A stretch of 64,000 bases of DNA from Nemertoderma westbladi (GCA_032718475.1 JAUCBJ010008420.1:1-64000), one strand, 5' to 3'; positions 11,247 to 25,005 are shown, counted from the stretch's first letter. A program made the numbers and translations. Notes: generated by a model from the letters alone, not told the origin.

Positions 11247-12899
11247 CGCTAGGTGGTGCTGTAAATTTATGCTAAATTTTTAGGTTTGTTATAAATAGTA
11301 TTAAATTTTATTAACAAAAAATATCGAAAAGTTGTCTGATTCTTTTATGCAGGGTGGCTATCTAGACACCCACAGAAAGTTTCAGACTAATTGCTCAAGA
11401 ATTGTAGAAGTAGTAGCGTTTAGAAGTTGACAATTTCATAAAAAAAATATTTGGAGATAATCGACCTTTCATTATACATAGTAATAGTAATTTCAATAGG
11501 ATTCCCTAAATGGAAATTGTTATAACTTGAAAACTAAAAGAGCTATTAAATAGCGGTTTTCAGATTTGGAAACACCCTTCAATGGTGCATTATAATAGAC
11601 CATAAAAAAAAATTCGACTTATTTTGGACCAAAATGGTGTACCCCCGTTCCCCTTAAAAGACGCACAAGACTCTCCGTTTTCAATTGATATAAGCCACGT
11701 GGGAAATGATTGATTAATTGTGTTTTTGAATGGATCTAAAATCACCTCCCCCCCACCCCCCCCTTAAAAAAATAATAAATAAATAAATTTGTTTAATTTA
11801 CAAACAAATTTTTTTTAGAGTTTTGAATGGCCTAGTGCACATATTATGGTGAATGCACATACTATGGTGAATGAATATGTTTATTATATAAAAAAAAAAT
11901 TTTTTAATAAAAAAATAAATAAATTTAACTGTAATATGTTACTATATTGCTTCCATAGTTAATGCGATTACAATCATTATACTCTTCAACGCCTGATACT
12001 GCCTTACACATATTTTGGGGTATATTCGAGCGTGAAAGTAACAATTTATGAATAAATGATTATTTGTTGAATTTTTTGGGTATTAGTAAGATATCATATA
12101 ATTTATTTTCGTTGATATTGCACAATTTATAATAATCGTGGCTATTCCTATTAGAAGAGTTCTAGAACCATCAATATTACCTTTTTATTACACAGTGTAG
12201 AATTTTACCATCCCAATAATGCACGTTGGTACTACTACACTACGGTGTACATCAAGGCGTTTTAACCCCGGGCCTTGTTGAAGGTGTAGGCCTACTACAT
12301 ACAGTACTGGGTATTTTTTGTGTAGCAATTCGGTGGTGTCCTAGTATACTGCTGCAATGTGAACGTGGGATATCCAGATAACCACCGATTAGGGAGAGAA
12401 GTGTGAAGGTCACTTCGTCATCAAATCTAATGACGTATTTAGCAGAAGTTTAAAACCTTATTGAATTATAGTGGTTTCCCTGTGGGACAAAATAATTTCT
12501 TTGATGCGCCAGTAATTCAATGTGATGGGACTTAAGTGACAGGGAGTGAGGGGTGCGGTGGGGAGGGCAGTTAAGGTTGAGTTAATTGTTGGACATCCAT
12601 CTCACACCTAAAGTTTAGAATGAACCAGGATTGTGTTGGTTTTTTAGGTTTTTAAGCGGCTTGGTTGAACGCTTGATCGGAATTCAGTTGCCTGATTGAT
12701 GGTACATAATCAAAGTAGTTTTACTGTTAAGTCTACTAGATATTTCTACGAAACATAAATATAATTATTTTGATTCCTACATTTAACAATTACTGTGTTA
12801 TATAGTGACTGACTATCTTGACTCTGAATATGCAATTATTAGTAAACAATTATATTACAGTATTCATTATAATTTTGATAAATGACAAATATAAGTTTG

Positions 12900-13930
12900 C
12901 GAACTCTGGAAGCTACTGACAAATAAAGTAGTGCGCTGTCAGGTCCCAGCCACGTAAGCCCTGCTCTGTCTCCAAGACCTGAGCGCCACAAACGCCTGAC
13001 ACAAAGGAGACAGAGGGAACTCCCCCGGAGGAGCGGGAATTGTAGACGTCTCGTCGCTCCACCTAGCACACATGTGGGGCCTCTCTCTCGCATCCCTTGG
13101 TGCTTTGCAACAAGGGCCTCTGCGATGTGCTTGATGAGGATCTGAGCCTCGTGGCACCAAGTCGAAAGTCAGGTGAAGACCTTCGGATACGTAAGAGGAA
13201 GGCATGGGCAGCGTTAAATAGTCTGTGCAGGATTTGGAATTCCCATAGAATGAAACGGGGGTTCGATTATTTATGGCAGTAGTAGTACCAGTACTCTTAT
13301 ATGCAAGTCTATGCTGGGCTCTAACTGTAGAGGATACCAAATCTCTGGATGGCACATTCACAAGAATACTAATAATTATATATAATTATACAATTATAAT
13401 AATAATTGGGTTTATTGTGTCAAGTACAATGAGCACATCTCCAATCAGACCAGCCTCTGCTTTGCAGGACATTGCTTTCACCGTAAGGACCAGCCAGTGC
13501 ATAATCTTGTGCTTTGGCGGCCTCTTGGAGCGAATAAGCATGGTATGGTGGACAGCCCATGACTTTCTTGAGATGCATCTTAAAAGGCACTGGCCTTGAA
13601 GATGCGGATGAATTAGCAAATGGCATGGGTGATAGGGAGTTGTGGCGGCGCAATGTTCTGACAATCCGGCACAGCATTCTTAATATATATGTAATATATA
13701 TAATGTAGCTGCAATTCAGCATGCCGATCGTAGTAGTAGTGTAGGGGCAGCGCTCTTCAAGCAACGACTCGGTGGATCAGTTGGCTTGGGCGTATGAGGT
13801 GGCGTCAGCATTTATAACTGCGACGTCGAACGACGCCACCCGTTGAGATGTGCAAATCCCGCGTGCTACCAAGTCGACCGGGACGCCACCAACTTCGATG
13901 CCAGCTCTGTCCAAAAGACAGTGCCAATAT
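12900..13930 (-). mobile_element. CRE-clade non-LTR retrotransposon relic (restriction-like endonuclease end), split by an RTE insertion
   Basis: 13757-13930 encodes DLVARGICTSQRVASFDVAVINADATSY. 12950-13150 encodes AQILIKHIAEAL...RRLQFPLLRGSSLCL. Confidence 0.6.
13165..13742 (+). mobile_element. RTE-clade LINE 3' fragment (same family as 32848-34911)
   Basis: KSGEDLRIRKRKAWAALN and VVPVLLYASLCWALTVEDTKSLDGTFTR match the 536-aa RTE ORF. It ends with the same 3' UTR and (TAG)n tail. Confidence 0.9.
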
Positions 13931-15181
13931 GATATGTTAATATGATATGATATGATTATTAGTAAACTGGTGGATAACGTTAGCAATCATAGGGACCTCG
14001 GTGTAATTAATGTTATTAAATGTGAATTAAATGTATTTCTCCGTGTTAACAGAGATACTCTGGTAACTGCACATATAAAGACAAAGTTTATGCTAGGCTG
14101 AATTTACAGATATCACAGTTTCTTTGTGTTAGGTTGATGTCCTTTGTTGTCTGGCTTTCCATTGCAACCCCTCAAACACATCCTATTCATATTTTATCCC
14201 AACTACCCTAGCATCGAGCACATTTAACAGGTACCGGAAACTGCATCCATTAACATTGGAATGCTCTTTGACTAGATTTATGAATTTCTTAAACAAGGAT
14301 ACTATTCGGCCGGGGCCATGAAAAGTTAAAGAAAAATAAAATTATTTAAAAGTTGGATTAGTTAATGAGACCTTTTATTTCACTATATCGGTTTTTCAAA
14401 ATATTTATTCCGAAATGTTCACAATAATGACAATAATGTTTAATGACGTTTAGTATTAGCTGAGATTTGTTATGTAGCAGATAATTCGCGCTAATATATA
14501 AAATTCGCGCTAAAAAATAAAGCGCCAAACTTCAATTTACAGCCCAGATGAGTTCTTCAAAATAAAACTGAATTTGGAACTTGATTGTCCTGGCAACCGC
14601 CACAAGGTTTCTGCTATTTCAGTTCACTATCACCATTGTACGATAAAATATGATCTCTGATAGCACGTTGAATAGGTCGTCGGCGTATCAAGCTCTGTCC
14701 CATAAGTTATTTATTTGAACAATTAAAGGAAAACCTTCTTTCAAATTATATTATTGATTTCGTGATAACATTAAGAAATGTATATAAACGCAAACATAAT
14801 CATCTTAATTCAATTTGTTTATTTGGCTCTCCGAAAAATATTGTAATCAATTTTAGGTCGTTTAAAATCCCTGTGTTGTAAGCTGTGGATCGATAATTCC
14901 CTTTATAGGTTCCAGCCCAGGTTTTAGGTCGATGAATCCCTCGTATTAGATATATTTAGTCCTGACAGGTGCCGTGCCTTTCTTACCCCCTGGATGTACG
15001 TCATTTTGCAGGAAACTGCGTCTCATCTAATTACATTATAGCGATGGATTAAGACTCACCCAGTGGGAATACGGAAATTCGACGTCGCCTACCAAAATCA
15101 CAGATCGTGTTGGCGCCAACTAATCTGCAGGAATTAAAAAGTCATTTGTGATTTATGAGTATGACCTTTTGGTGGGTGCCT

Positions 15182-15675
15182 CCCCTAGAGATCTGGGTAA
15201 TCTTTTGGAAGGGTGGGGGGCCCTAGAGATCTGGGTAATCTTTTGGAAGGGATAGGCGGCGATGTAGGGGGGGGGGGGGGGGGGGGGGCTCCCCTAGAGA
15301 TCTGGGTAATCTTCTGGAAGAGAGAGGCGGCGATGTAGGGGGGGGGGGGGGGGGTCTCTAGAGATCTGGGTAGTCTTTTGGAAGGGAGAGGCGGCGATGT
15401 AGGGGGGGGGGGGGGGGGGGGCTCCCCTAGAGATCTGGGTAATCTTTTGGAAGGGATAGGCGGCGATGTAGGGGGGGGGGGGGGGCTCCCCTAGAGATCT
15501 GGGTAATCTTCTGGAAGAGAGAGGCGGCGATGTAGGGGGGGGGGGGGTCTCTAGAGATCTGGGTAGTCTTTTGGAAGGGAGTGGCGGCGATTTAGGGGGG
15601 GGGGGGGCTCCCCTATAGATCTGGGTAATCTTTTGGGAGGGAGAGGCGGCGATATGGGGGGGGGGGGGGGGTGGG
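15182..15675. repeat. Minisatellite with variable poly-G spacers (~9 copies, 45-70 bp)
   Basis: ccctagagatctgggtaatcttttggaagggagaggcggcgatgta followed by a G run, repeated. Confidence 0.9.
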
Positions 15676-16899
15676 GTCGCTTTAGTGCGTAAAACATTTC
15701 TGAAAATGGATAAGAGCCGTATAATATATAATTGTGTTTCTTGGAAAATTCATAATATTCATTAAATTTAATTGTATTTTTTCGCAACTGTAAACTAATT
15801 ATTACATAAAACATTAAATAATTTTACATTTTGAGAGGCCGACTGACTGGTAGATGTTTTCAATTTCACCAAGAATTGTCATATAAATTGTCAAAATTCA
15901 AAGGTATACATAACGGTCGATATATATAATGTTTTTTTGTCAACGAATTTTTTTTAATTGCTCTGTGTCAACTTATCAGCGATTGTTATACTGCCAAGTA
16001 TCTCATTGTATATTGAAATTTTTTTTCTGAGATCTAATTTTGACCAGTAGATCTCCTTCCTGGGTACCTCCACAGATGCATTCCACACACACTACAATGA
16101 TTAGTGAGTGGAGACAAATGTCGTTGATCCTTCATGTAGAGATTTACACCGATAATCACATAGACTTTATATATTATGGAAAATCGAGTGCGTGACACTG
16201 TTTGGAAGGATTATAAATATCCACAATCACTTATACTAATTGGGTATTTAATTTCCTCAGAGTCACAAAGCGAAAAGAGTTATAAGTGCAATGGCATATA
16301 ATAATACTTATTTTAATATGTATACAAGCAGAGTATATACCGATGTGAATATGTGTATATACCAGCCGCGTTTCTGTGGAATCAAATGACATGAAATTAG
16401 GTTTCTATCATTATTATGGTGCTCAATCTGAGCCTTCCCAAGTCAAATTAGTAAAATTGGTTCCGTTGTAATTGTGTTATATAGCAGAAAACGGGCACCA
16501 TTCGTGCGCACTCTGTATGAACTGCTGACATGATGAATTGATTTCTACCTCAGCGACCTTGACTAATCATTGAATCAATTTTTCTTAGAGATTTGTCATG
16601 TTAATTGTTTGTGTTAGTGTGGTATTATTGTATGGCAGCGTTAGCTAAGAATCGCTATAATTCAAAGAATTTTCCTTTTATAATCAACAAATGTGAAATA
16701 TGATGAAACTGGAATTTATATGTAATTTAAACACGATTTTGAACTTTCCGGATCAGTGAACTTTCCATACAGTATTAGAAAAGTGTTCAAAAGTTAAACT
16801 ATGTTCCTGGAATAATTAGGGTGTGAAAAATAAACTAAACTGTCAGCCAATAACAAAATCTTATTTTGAGAAAATAATACGATTTAATTCAAGGAGTGA

Positions 16900-17530
16900 A
16901 GTGGAGCATGACACCATTGAGTGCACGCTGAGTCGTCGAGCAGCCTTGTGGAATGCACCGAGTTCACTGGCACACAGGTGCTCTAGGTATCTGTATAACA
17001 CCTATAATGGCCATGATGCCCTCTATCTCCATGGTACTAATAAACCACTGTGGAGTGCGGAGGGCTACACTAAGGGTGACCCTGCCACCATGCGACATGC
17101 AGCCAAGCGAAACACTACTACACGGCCCAACACCACAGGACCCGAGGTAGGATAATTGCGACCATGACCTACTATAACAGTTGCTACTGTTATAGTAGGT
17201 CATGTTGCGACCCAACAAATTTTTCTAAAATCATTCATCGCATTGTCCACTGTCCAGGTCGCATTGTTGTATGTGTTGGTGCATCCGGTGCATCGGATAC
17301 CCCCTAGTATGACACATTACTTAGTATGAGTAGTAATGAACTTGGATTTCATCCTCGAGCAGCAAGTTCGGGTGAAGAAGGCCCATTCCACCGTGGTGTA
17401 TCGGAGGATTTCCTTCACCACCCTCTTTGGAACCACCGATGGTGTGTGGCGCAAGGAGGCTGATATTCTGATCCTCCACCTCGCATAGATGCTTGGGACA
17501 TCAGCAAGGGATGTTAGCGGATTCAGTCCG
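16900..17530 (+). mobile_element. CRE-clade retrotransposon fragments (RT piece and C-terminal piece)
   Basis: RAALWNA...RYLYNTY...LWSAEGYTKGDPATM resembles the EGxxQGDP RT motif. 17340-17490 encodes LEQQVRVKK...SFTTLFGTTDGVWRKEA. Confidence 0.6.
17163..17204. mobile_element. 42-bp hairpin with CATG termini and 7-bp TSD (P-superfamily footprint or micro-MITE)
   Basis: TTGCGAC|CATGACCTACTATAACAGT-tgct-ACTGTTATAGTAGGTCATG|TTGCGAC. Confidence 0.8.
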
Positions 17531-18842
17531 CTATGCGCTCCAACTTTATGGTAGATACCAGTAGTATTTTTGGTCTAGCTAGTTTCTTGATATTATTTGT
17601 GTAGAAAATTTATATGAATTGCCAAAGTATCACAAAGAGCACCAAAGGAATTATCAATTATGTATATGGATACTTTTAGTTTTGAATCTATTTGAATTTA
17701 TTTATATGTGCCTTATGTTATACTTATTTTAAATGCATTTTATTTGGTTGGTGTAACAAATTTAGCCTTGTAGTGAGTGATATGTTATATTTAACATATG
17801 GTAATAATAAAATAGTAAACTGCAAAGTGAAAAAAATTATAAGCAAATATAATATGTTATCAATATTATCATCTACGTCATAACCAGATAAAGAGACAAT
17901 AACAGTACATGGGAACAATGAGGACAATGATCAACGAGAAAGAGTAATTAGAGGACATGAGATGACAATGTATACGGCCCAACAATGCACAGAAACAGAT
18001 TAGGTGGAAGAAACTGTGTAGTTCCGGGTAGCTGGTTGGTGCTTATTGATTATATTGTTATTGGATTTGTCGCTATCGATCCACTTACAAAATCCCAGAC
18101 TTCAATATTTATTGCTTATACTCTGTTACTGTTTGTTACATATTCGAATCAGGGTTACCTATAATGATTAGGGTGTCAGCAAGTAACAGACCAAAATATT
18201 AGCCCTTAACATGAATCAGGTCATTCTAAATGTTGTGATATTCTTGAGCAGAAACAATGAGATATTGTATCAGCTCCCTATGTTGGTGAAGAGAATGTGA
18301 GGTAGATGATATATTCATAATTTTAGCATTTTATATTGATTTGTATTGTGTTCAGTCAGCTTTATCTGTCAAATTAAAATAGCATCCATGATATAATTAC
18401 ATGGATGTAAACTTCAATCCTAAGTTGATTCAAAAGTGTAACTCATCAGAAGAGCTCATGAATAAATAATTATATGGCACAAATAGAGAGTGTACAGTAC
18501 AGGTAATCAAACCGCAGAGCCACCCCACAGCCCAGTGTTGAAGTTTGAGGAGCTGAGAAACATAATGGAGATAATATAAAGGCAAAATATTCGTTACTTC
18601 ATTTATAAAGTAACTTTTGTTATGTATTTCGGTGTAGGCAAGGCATCTCCTTTGTTGTTGTCTCTCGTCAAACTTAACTATATCACCTACCATACCAACA
18701 TCATTGATGTTCTAGAACACTTATGTTTTGTTTTAAACATTTCTTATATCCATAGTAAAGTAAAGTAAAATCACTAGCTACCATCAAAAACCCATAGTAA
18801 ATTAGGCTTATATTCTTAATTTAACCCTATTAAACCCGGTAA

Positions 18843-19692
18843 TAGTGTGTTATAGGTACACCCCCCCTCAAATTTTTTTTACTAGCTAGTTTTTGTAAAT
18901 TTATTTTTATGAAATGTTCTAGAACATGAGATACATTTGAAAAAAAATAATAAAATGTTCTAGAACAAATATTTTTTGTTCTAGAACAAATTTTAAAAAA
19001 GCTTACAAATTTTATTTTTTGTTAGTTATGTTTTATTTGATGTCAAGGAAAGTGAATTTTGTAGAATAATCGAATTTCTATAGCTAAGATTTGACTTTCG
19101 CCCAACAACTAGCTGAGTTTCGTTGGAAGCTTCTACACAAAGAAAACCCATTTTCTGCTCTGTTGGATTTGATCAGAAAATATTACCCGCTGTCTGCTAA
19201 ATAATAAATATTATACAGTATACGTATTCTAAGCATATCATTAATTTCTGAATATAATGACCTCAATACAGTGAATTTTGTTAATTTTAATTAGCTATTA
19301 AAAAAATACTAGCTACCCCCCCCCCCCCCCCACAAACCCATCTTGCCAGCAACGATTAAAAATTATATGAAACAAATTCTAAATAAAATGAAAAAAAAAA
19401 TTTTATATTTTTTGAACTGTTCTAGAACAAAAACTATTTGTTCTAGAACTTTTTTTTCTAGTTCTGAATAGCTAACATGTTCTAGAACATTATTAAAAAA
19501 TAAAAATAGTACATTAATTTTTTTAATTTTTTTTTAAATTGTTCTAGAACAAAAAATATTTTCTCTAGAACATATATATATATTTTTTAATAGCTAACAT
19601 GTTCTAGAACATGTTCATAAAAAGAAATAGCAAAAACTAGCTAGTAAAAAAATTTGAGAGGGGGGGGGGGGGGTGTACCTATAACACACTAG
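18843..19692. mobile_element. Palindromic MITE rich in gttctagaac motifs
   Basis: tagtgtgttataggtacaccccc...actagctagtttttg at the left end and its inverse caaaaactagctagt...gtgtacctataacacacta at the right end. Confidence 0.8.
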
Positions 19693-19795
19693 TGCCTTAA
19701 ACCCGGGGGGGGGGGGGGGGGGGAGTGGTGTCAATATGACCCATCCCGTTTTTTTGTTATAACTCTGAAACAAACGCAGTGGGGGATCTGAAATT

Positions 19796-20915
19796 TAGTG
19801 ACTTTTCCTAAAAATCTATTGTCTTCCTAATAGTGAAAACGGTTTTCAAAAATATTGGGAAGTTTTCGAGTTATATCCAAGGCGTACTATATACGAGGCC
19901 ATGCCATCGAGTTAACTGGGGGTGGTGACTGGGGGCAAGATTTTTTTTCTACAATTTAATATTTTGATATGGAGAGACTTCTATAAATTTTCATTTGCTG
20001 CAATTTGGTCAATGGACGTAATTGAAGCATCCTCGTTAAGTAAGATAACAATTTTTATGGTAGCTAGTGTTTTAGATAAGTTTAGCTAGTAATTTCGACA
20101 CTGGTTCCGACATCCTACTTCCCTCTATAAATATTTTGTAGTAGCTAGTTCTTGTTACTATTTGTATAGAAAATGTTCCAGAAGATGTTAGCTATCATTT
20201 AAAAAAAAAATTATGTTCTAGAACAAATACCTTTTGTTCTAGAACAATATTTAGAAAAAAATCTGGATTCTATTTAAAACTCATGGAATCGTTCTAAAAC
20301 GTGTTTAAAATCAATAAAAAAAATTGTGAAAAAAATATTGTGAAAAAAAAAATAATAAATAAATGAAATTTTTTTTATTGATTTTAAACACGCTTTAGAA
20401 CGATTCCATGCGTTTTAAATATAATCCAGATTTTTTTCTAAAAAATGTACTAGAACAAAAAATATTTGTTCTTGAACATATTTTTTTTTTAAAATGAATA
20501 TTTTTTTTTTAAAATGAATAGCTAACATCTGGAACAATTTCTATACAAATAGTAACAAGAACTAGCTACTACAAAATATTTATAGAGGGAAGTAGGATGT
20601 CGGAACCAGTGTCAAAATTACTAGCTAAACCTATCTAAAACACTAGCTACCATAATAATTTTTATCTTATTTAATGAGGATGCTTAAATTACGTCCAATG
20701 ACCAAATTGCAGCAAATGAAAATTTATAGAACTCTCCCCATATCAAAATATCAAATTGTAGTTAAAAAAATCTTGCCCCCAGTCACCAACCCCAGTTAAC
20801 TCGATGGCATGGCCTTGTATATAGTACGCCTTGGCTATAACTCGAAAACTTCCCAATATTTTTGAAAACCGTTTTCACTATTAGGAAGACAATAGATTTT
20901 TAGGAAAAGTTACAA
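19796..20915. mobile_element. Foldback element: ~530-bp near-perfect inverted arms, within a piggyBac-like MITE whose left end is at ~18824
   Basis: acttttcctaaaaatctattgtcttcctaatagtgaaaacgg... (19801) mirrors ...ccgttttcactattaggaagacaatagatttttaggaaaagt (20870-20911). The axis is near 20345. Confidence 0.85.
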
Positions 20916-20919
20916 AATT

Positions 20920-21760
20920 GGAGTTCGGCTTTGTAGGCTATCTTAAGATCTTCTCTCTTACAAGTAACCTCAAGGGTTTTGCCATGGCACATACTGTTTT
21001 CGTTTGGGTTTCTGGGGGATATGCCTCTTAGCTGATTCCTTGTGGGCTGTTATTATATTCTGGTATATTGAATCAGTGGACTGGTCTTCATCCATTGACT
21101 GAAGTGCTTCTAAGCAGTTTTGAACTTCTACTGTGTAAGCATCATTTACTGCATTGTCAGTTCGGAGTTTCTCCCAGTCATAGTTGATTTGCTTGCTTGT
21201 CCTGGGTTTGCTGGCTCTCAAACTGAGTCTGATCTCTGCAGTCACAATTCTGTGGTCCGAATCAATTAGGTTGAACGAGCTGTATGCCTCACAGTTGATC
21301 ATGCTGTTTCTCCACTTTTTGTTTATAAGGATGTAATCCAGTTGTGCTTTGGTTCCATTAGGGTATTGAAAGGTCTATAGCTTCCCCTTACTCCTTTCGA
21401 ATGTGTTGTTTGTTGGTATCAATTCACATTCTTCCATTAGGTCAAAAGTAAGTACCCATTTCTGTTAGAACTGGTGTTATAGGTGTAACCCTTGATGTCT
21501 TCTGGGATAGATTCGATGTTGTTTAGGGTCTTAAGTGCAAATGGGCTTAGCAGAATTCCTATTCCACCAATTGATGCATTGGCCGAGTTTCTTACTGCTG
21601 AGCTTCTTACTCACGTCCATCCATTTCCAATGTCATTGTACTTCATGGCAGTGTCTTCATGACAAATCCGATGTTCCTGGATGCAGATGATGTCAATGTT
21701 ATATTCCATTGCCAGAGCGACCATGTCACCCTGTTTGCTATGTGCTTTCAGCGTGCCATT
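20920..21760 (-). mobile_element. RTE-clade LINE AP-endonuclease fragment
   Basis: IDIICIQEHR, GGIGILLSP and AQLDYILINKKWRNSMINCEAYSSF..SDHRIVTAEIRLSL. Confidence 0.85.
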
Positions 21761-21899
21761 ATAAGGGTCATAAATTATTCCATATTATACATGAAAAATT
21801 ATTAAAATAGCTGTAGGAGGGCACATTGTATGTATTGTTAACTTTTATTTACGGGAAGCAGAGATATAATTAAATTTGAGGTAAAGAATAGGGAATAGA

Positions 21900-24450
21900 G
21901 CTGAAGTTTGAGGTGGACATGGGCATGCTGGACAATGGACATAGTATTACCGGAAGGGAAGTGTAACTAAATGTCGGTGTCTGGTGTCGTGCATCAGAAG
22001 GGACTCCATTTGGTGTGAGACAGTATCTAATGAATGTTATGTCAGAAGCTTGTTCACACGTTAGAATCAGCATAGTGTGATTCTATTAAAAATATCCATA
22101 TAATTATATTTGTAGTTTCAAATAGATGAGATAGCTGGCCGACAACAGTTAGATGCGGCCTTGTTGTAAACAGCACCAAGCCCATGGTATGATCCTTTAT
22201 TGAGTTGGGTAGTGACAAGTATGGTATGATGTAAGGCCGTGTTGGGACACCTAAGGGATCTCAGCACAGTTCCTAAACAAGCTTTGTAGGCTTCAGAAAC
22301 TAGCGGGTGGGTTGCGAAGAGTTTATAGAGGATATCATTGGACATATATCTTCCTACATGCAGGATCCTTCGCAGTTGACTCCTATAGTACCGTTCAACT
22401 TTGATAAATCTGAGTTTATACGGGAAGCCATGCACTCTATATCCTTCTTGGAGGTCCCCAGGAGGAGGATGTCGTCCGCTTACGATATGTTATTAAACAA
22501 CTGACTGAAAAGTTGGCATCCTGAACCAGTTGAAAAGGGCTGCAGACAGTACTCAGCCCTGTTTGATACCATTGAACATCAAGAAGCCCTGAGTATCTAT
22601 CTATAAGACCATTAATTTTTACAAACATTGTACTCTGATGGTAGTAACTGAGGAGTACTCGACATATGATGGGATCAATATTGTCGGCCAGTTTTGAGAA
22701 CAGATCTAGGTAATTAACACTGTCAAATGCAGCAGCCACGTCCATTTGACAGGCGTATACACCCGACCCTCTTCCGTGATACAGTTCAATGCATTTCAGA
22801 ACAGCGCTTATTATAATATCTGACCTGTTATGCCTCTTGTAGGCAAATTGATTCATCATCCTGCGTAATATTATGTAGGTATTCCATCAGTATTACTGCT
22901 TCCATTGTTTTGGAGAAAATACTCATTGAAGATATGGGGCAGTATGATGTGGTCTGCAGGCTGTCCTTGCCCCTGCCTTTGTAAAGACACGTTGGAATGG
23001 TTTCTCCAAAAAGGGATGGAACTGCACCAATACTAATAGATATGTTGACAAGAAGAGCGATGTGTGAACAAATGTAGTCCTTATCCGAGTAGATGAGGTG
23101 CTCAGCTGTCATCATCCTATTGTGATGAGTTTTGTTACAACTGAGATGTAATATGGCGCATTCAATTGCGTTCTCAGAAATAATGGGTCTCTCTGTTTCA
23201 TCGCACTTCAAGTCGAGATCCTCAGAAAGGGAGTCTAATTCCTCAGTTTTATATCTGTCCCTCTGAAATCTATTCTTGACGTGATCAGTAAGGGGGTATC
23301 TCATAGAGTCGGGAACTGCAACCGATATATTATCATTGTTCGTCTTAAAATTATTAACTTTTGCTATTAGCTACGTGTTCTAGGCGGTTGGACAGCTGAG
23401 ATTTGACGAGCCAGTTATGAAGATGGTGTACAGCATGCTTCGAATCCTTGAATTTAGGTAGTTTTCCTTGGTAGGTTTTGTCCGTAGGGGGCCGTCCAAG
23501 TATGACGTCAGCACTTTAGGGGGGGGAGGGGGGTTGGGAAAATCTGATGACGTGCTGATGAGGGGAGGGGAGGGGGTCAGCCAAAATCTGACGTCAGCAT
23601 GTTCATTTATAGGTGCTAGAAGAGATATAGCAGAAGAGTAAATAGCTTGCCTATTTTAATTGTTCGAAGCCCCCGAAGGCCCCTAGCACAACCTTCTGTT
23701 TCAGTTACCAGTCACCATGTTTCAGTGATTAGGACGCGTGCTACTGGGGTACTGCGGTACTGGGGTTCGCCTGAAAATGAAACATCTTCATAAATAAAAA
23801 TAAAAAATAATAAAATTTTTGTAATAAACTATTAAGTTTATTACAAATTTTTTTTTAATCTGATTTAGGGGGGGGGGGGGGGGGGTCAACGCCTATCTGA
23901 TGACATCTGATTTAGGGGAGGGAGGGGGTCAACATTTTGGGGAAAAGTGCAGACGTCATACTTGGACGGCCCCTAGGTAGTTTTCCCTGGTCGCACCATA
24001 TCTTATACAGGGCTATTTTGGTGGCCTTGGATGTCTCTATGAGGGCGTTGCTTCTAATTCTATAGTTTGTGTTCTTCTTCATCAGCCTAGATTTAGGTAT
24101 AAACTCGTTGGTAGCATCCAAACAAATTTTACATAAAGACTTGCTATAACTGTCAAGCTTGTTTTTAGTCCATATATTTATATCCTTGATGCAGTCCATT
24201 CGCTTTTCTAGTTCCATGGTCACCTGGGTCCTGTATTTATCTAAGTCACTAGGCTTGCACTTATTCCAGGCAAAGCGAAAGGTATTATGGTAGTGTGTTT
24301 TATTGATACCATCGGGTTGCTGGGGATTACCTGATGATGATTGAGATGATGAGATGCATTCAAGTAATGTGTAAAGACGGAGCGAGTAATGTCGATAATA
24401 ATCTCGCCAATCTTGAGGTCTTTTTGATTATTGAACATACACTCCATTTA
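21900..24450 (-). mobile_element. Degenerate LINE ORF2 (reverse transcriptase region)
   Basis: SYCPISSMSIFSKTMEAVI, NQFAYK and DVAAAFDSV RT motifs spread across frameshifted ORFs. Confidence 0.8.
23488..23973. mobile_element. Harbinger/PIF-like MITE inserted in the LINE
   Basis: TAG|GGGGCCGTCCAAGTATGACGTC ... GACGTCATACTTGGACGGCCCC|TAG, a 3-bp TSD. Confidence 0.85.
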
Positions 24451-24739
24451 TTTCCAATCGAAACACTGTAGTAAAGTTTATTCTGTTCAGAGTGCATTAT
24501 TGAAGCAGTTTTTGGGCAGCCATCTTCGAATACGACAAAATAACTATGAGTGTTGCTTGCTACAGGTGAGTTGTGGCATCGCAAATTCCACTTATGGAGG
24601 AATTGAATATCTATTGACAGTATTGTGACCATATAACTCGAGGCAGGATAGCTGCCCTCCAAATCTGAGATATCTGTGGGAGCCTGCCTACCTGGTAGCC
24701 TAACGTACCTGGTATTGTTGTTATACCTACAGACCTTGG

Positions 24740-25005
24740 AATATTATCTAAATACAATCCTATTAAAGGTTGGCAATCATCAGCTTCTATAAATGTCCAA
24801 CTAAATTCTTTGGCAGATAATTCAGGAATTGTTATTCTTAAAGTTCCTTCACCATAAGTTTTAATGAATAAGGAATCCACTGCTCGTAATTTTTTCATTT
24901 CTGTGTTAAAATTTTGTAAATATTTCTTGTATTGTAGTATTGGTATTGGTATTGGGTATTGGTATTGGTATTACAGACATAGAATTCAGACCTAGGCCTA
25001 CTAGC
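24740..25005 (-). mobile_element. Gypsy-type aspartic protease relic
   Basis: KLRAVDSLFIKTYG...FSWTFIEADDCQPLIG resembles the LxAANGxxIxTYG...WxFxxADVxxPILG pattern. Confidence 0.6.

Noticed and set aside
15182-15675. CRISPR-like repeat/spacer appearance
   Set aside because: The spacers are only G homopolymers, the context is eukaryotic and there are no cas genes.
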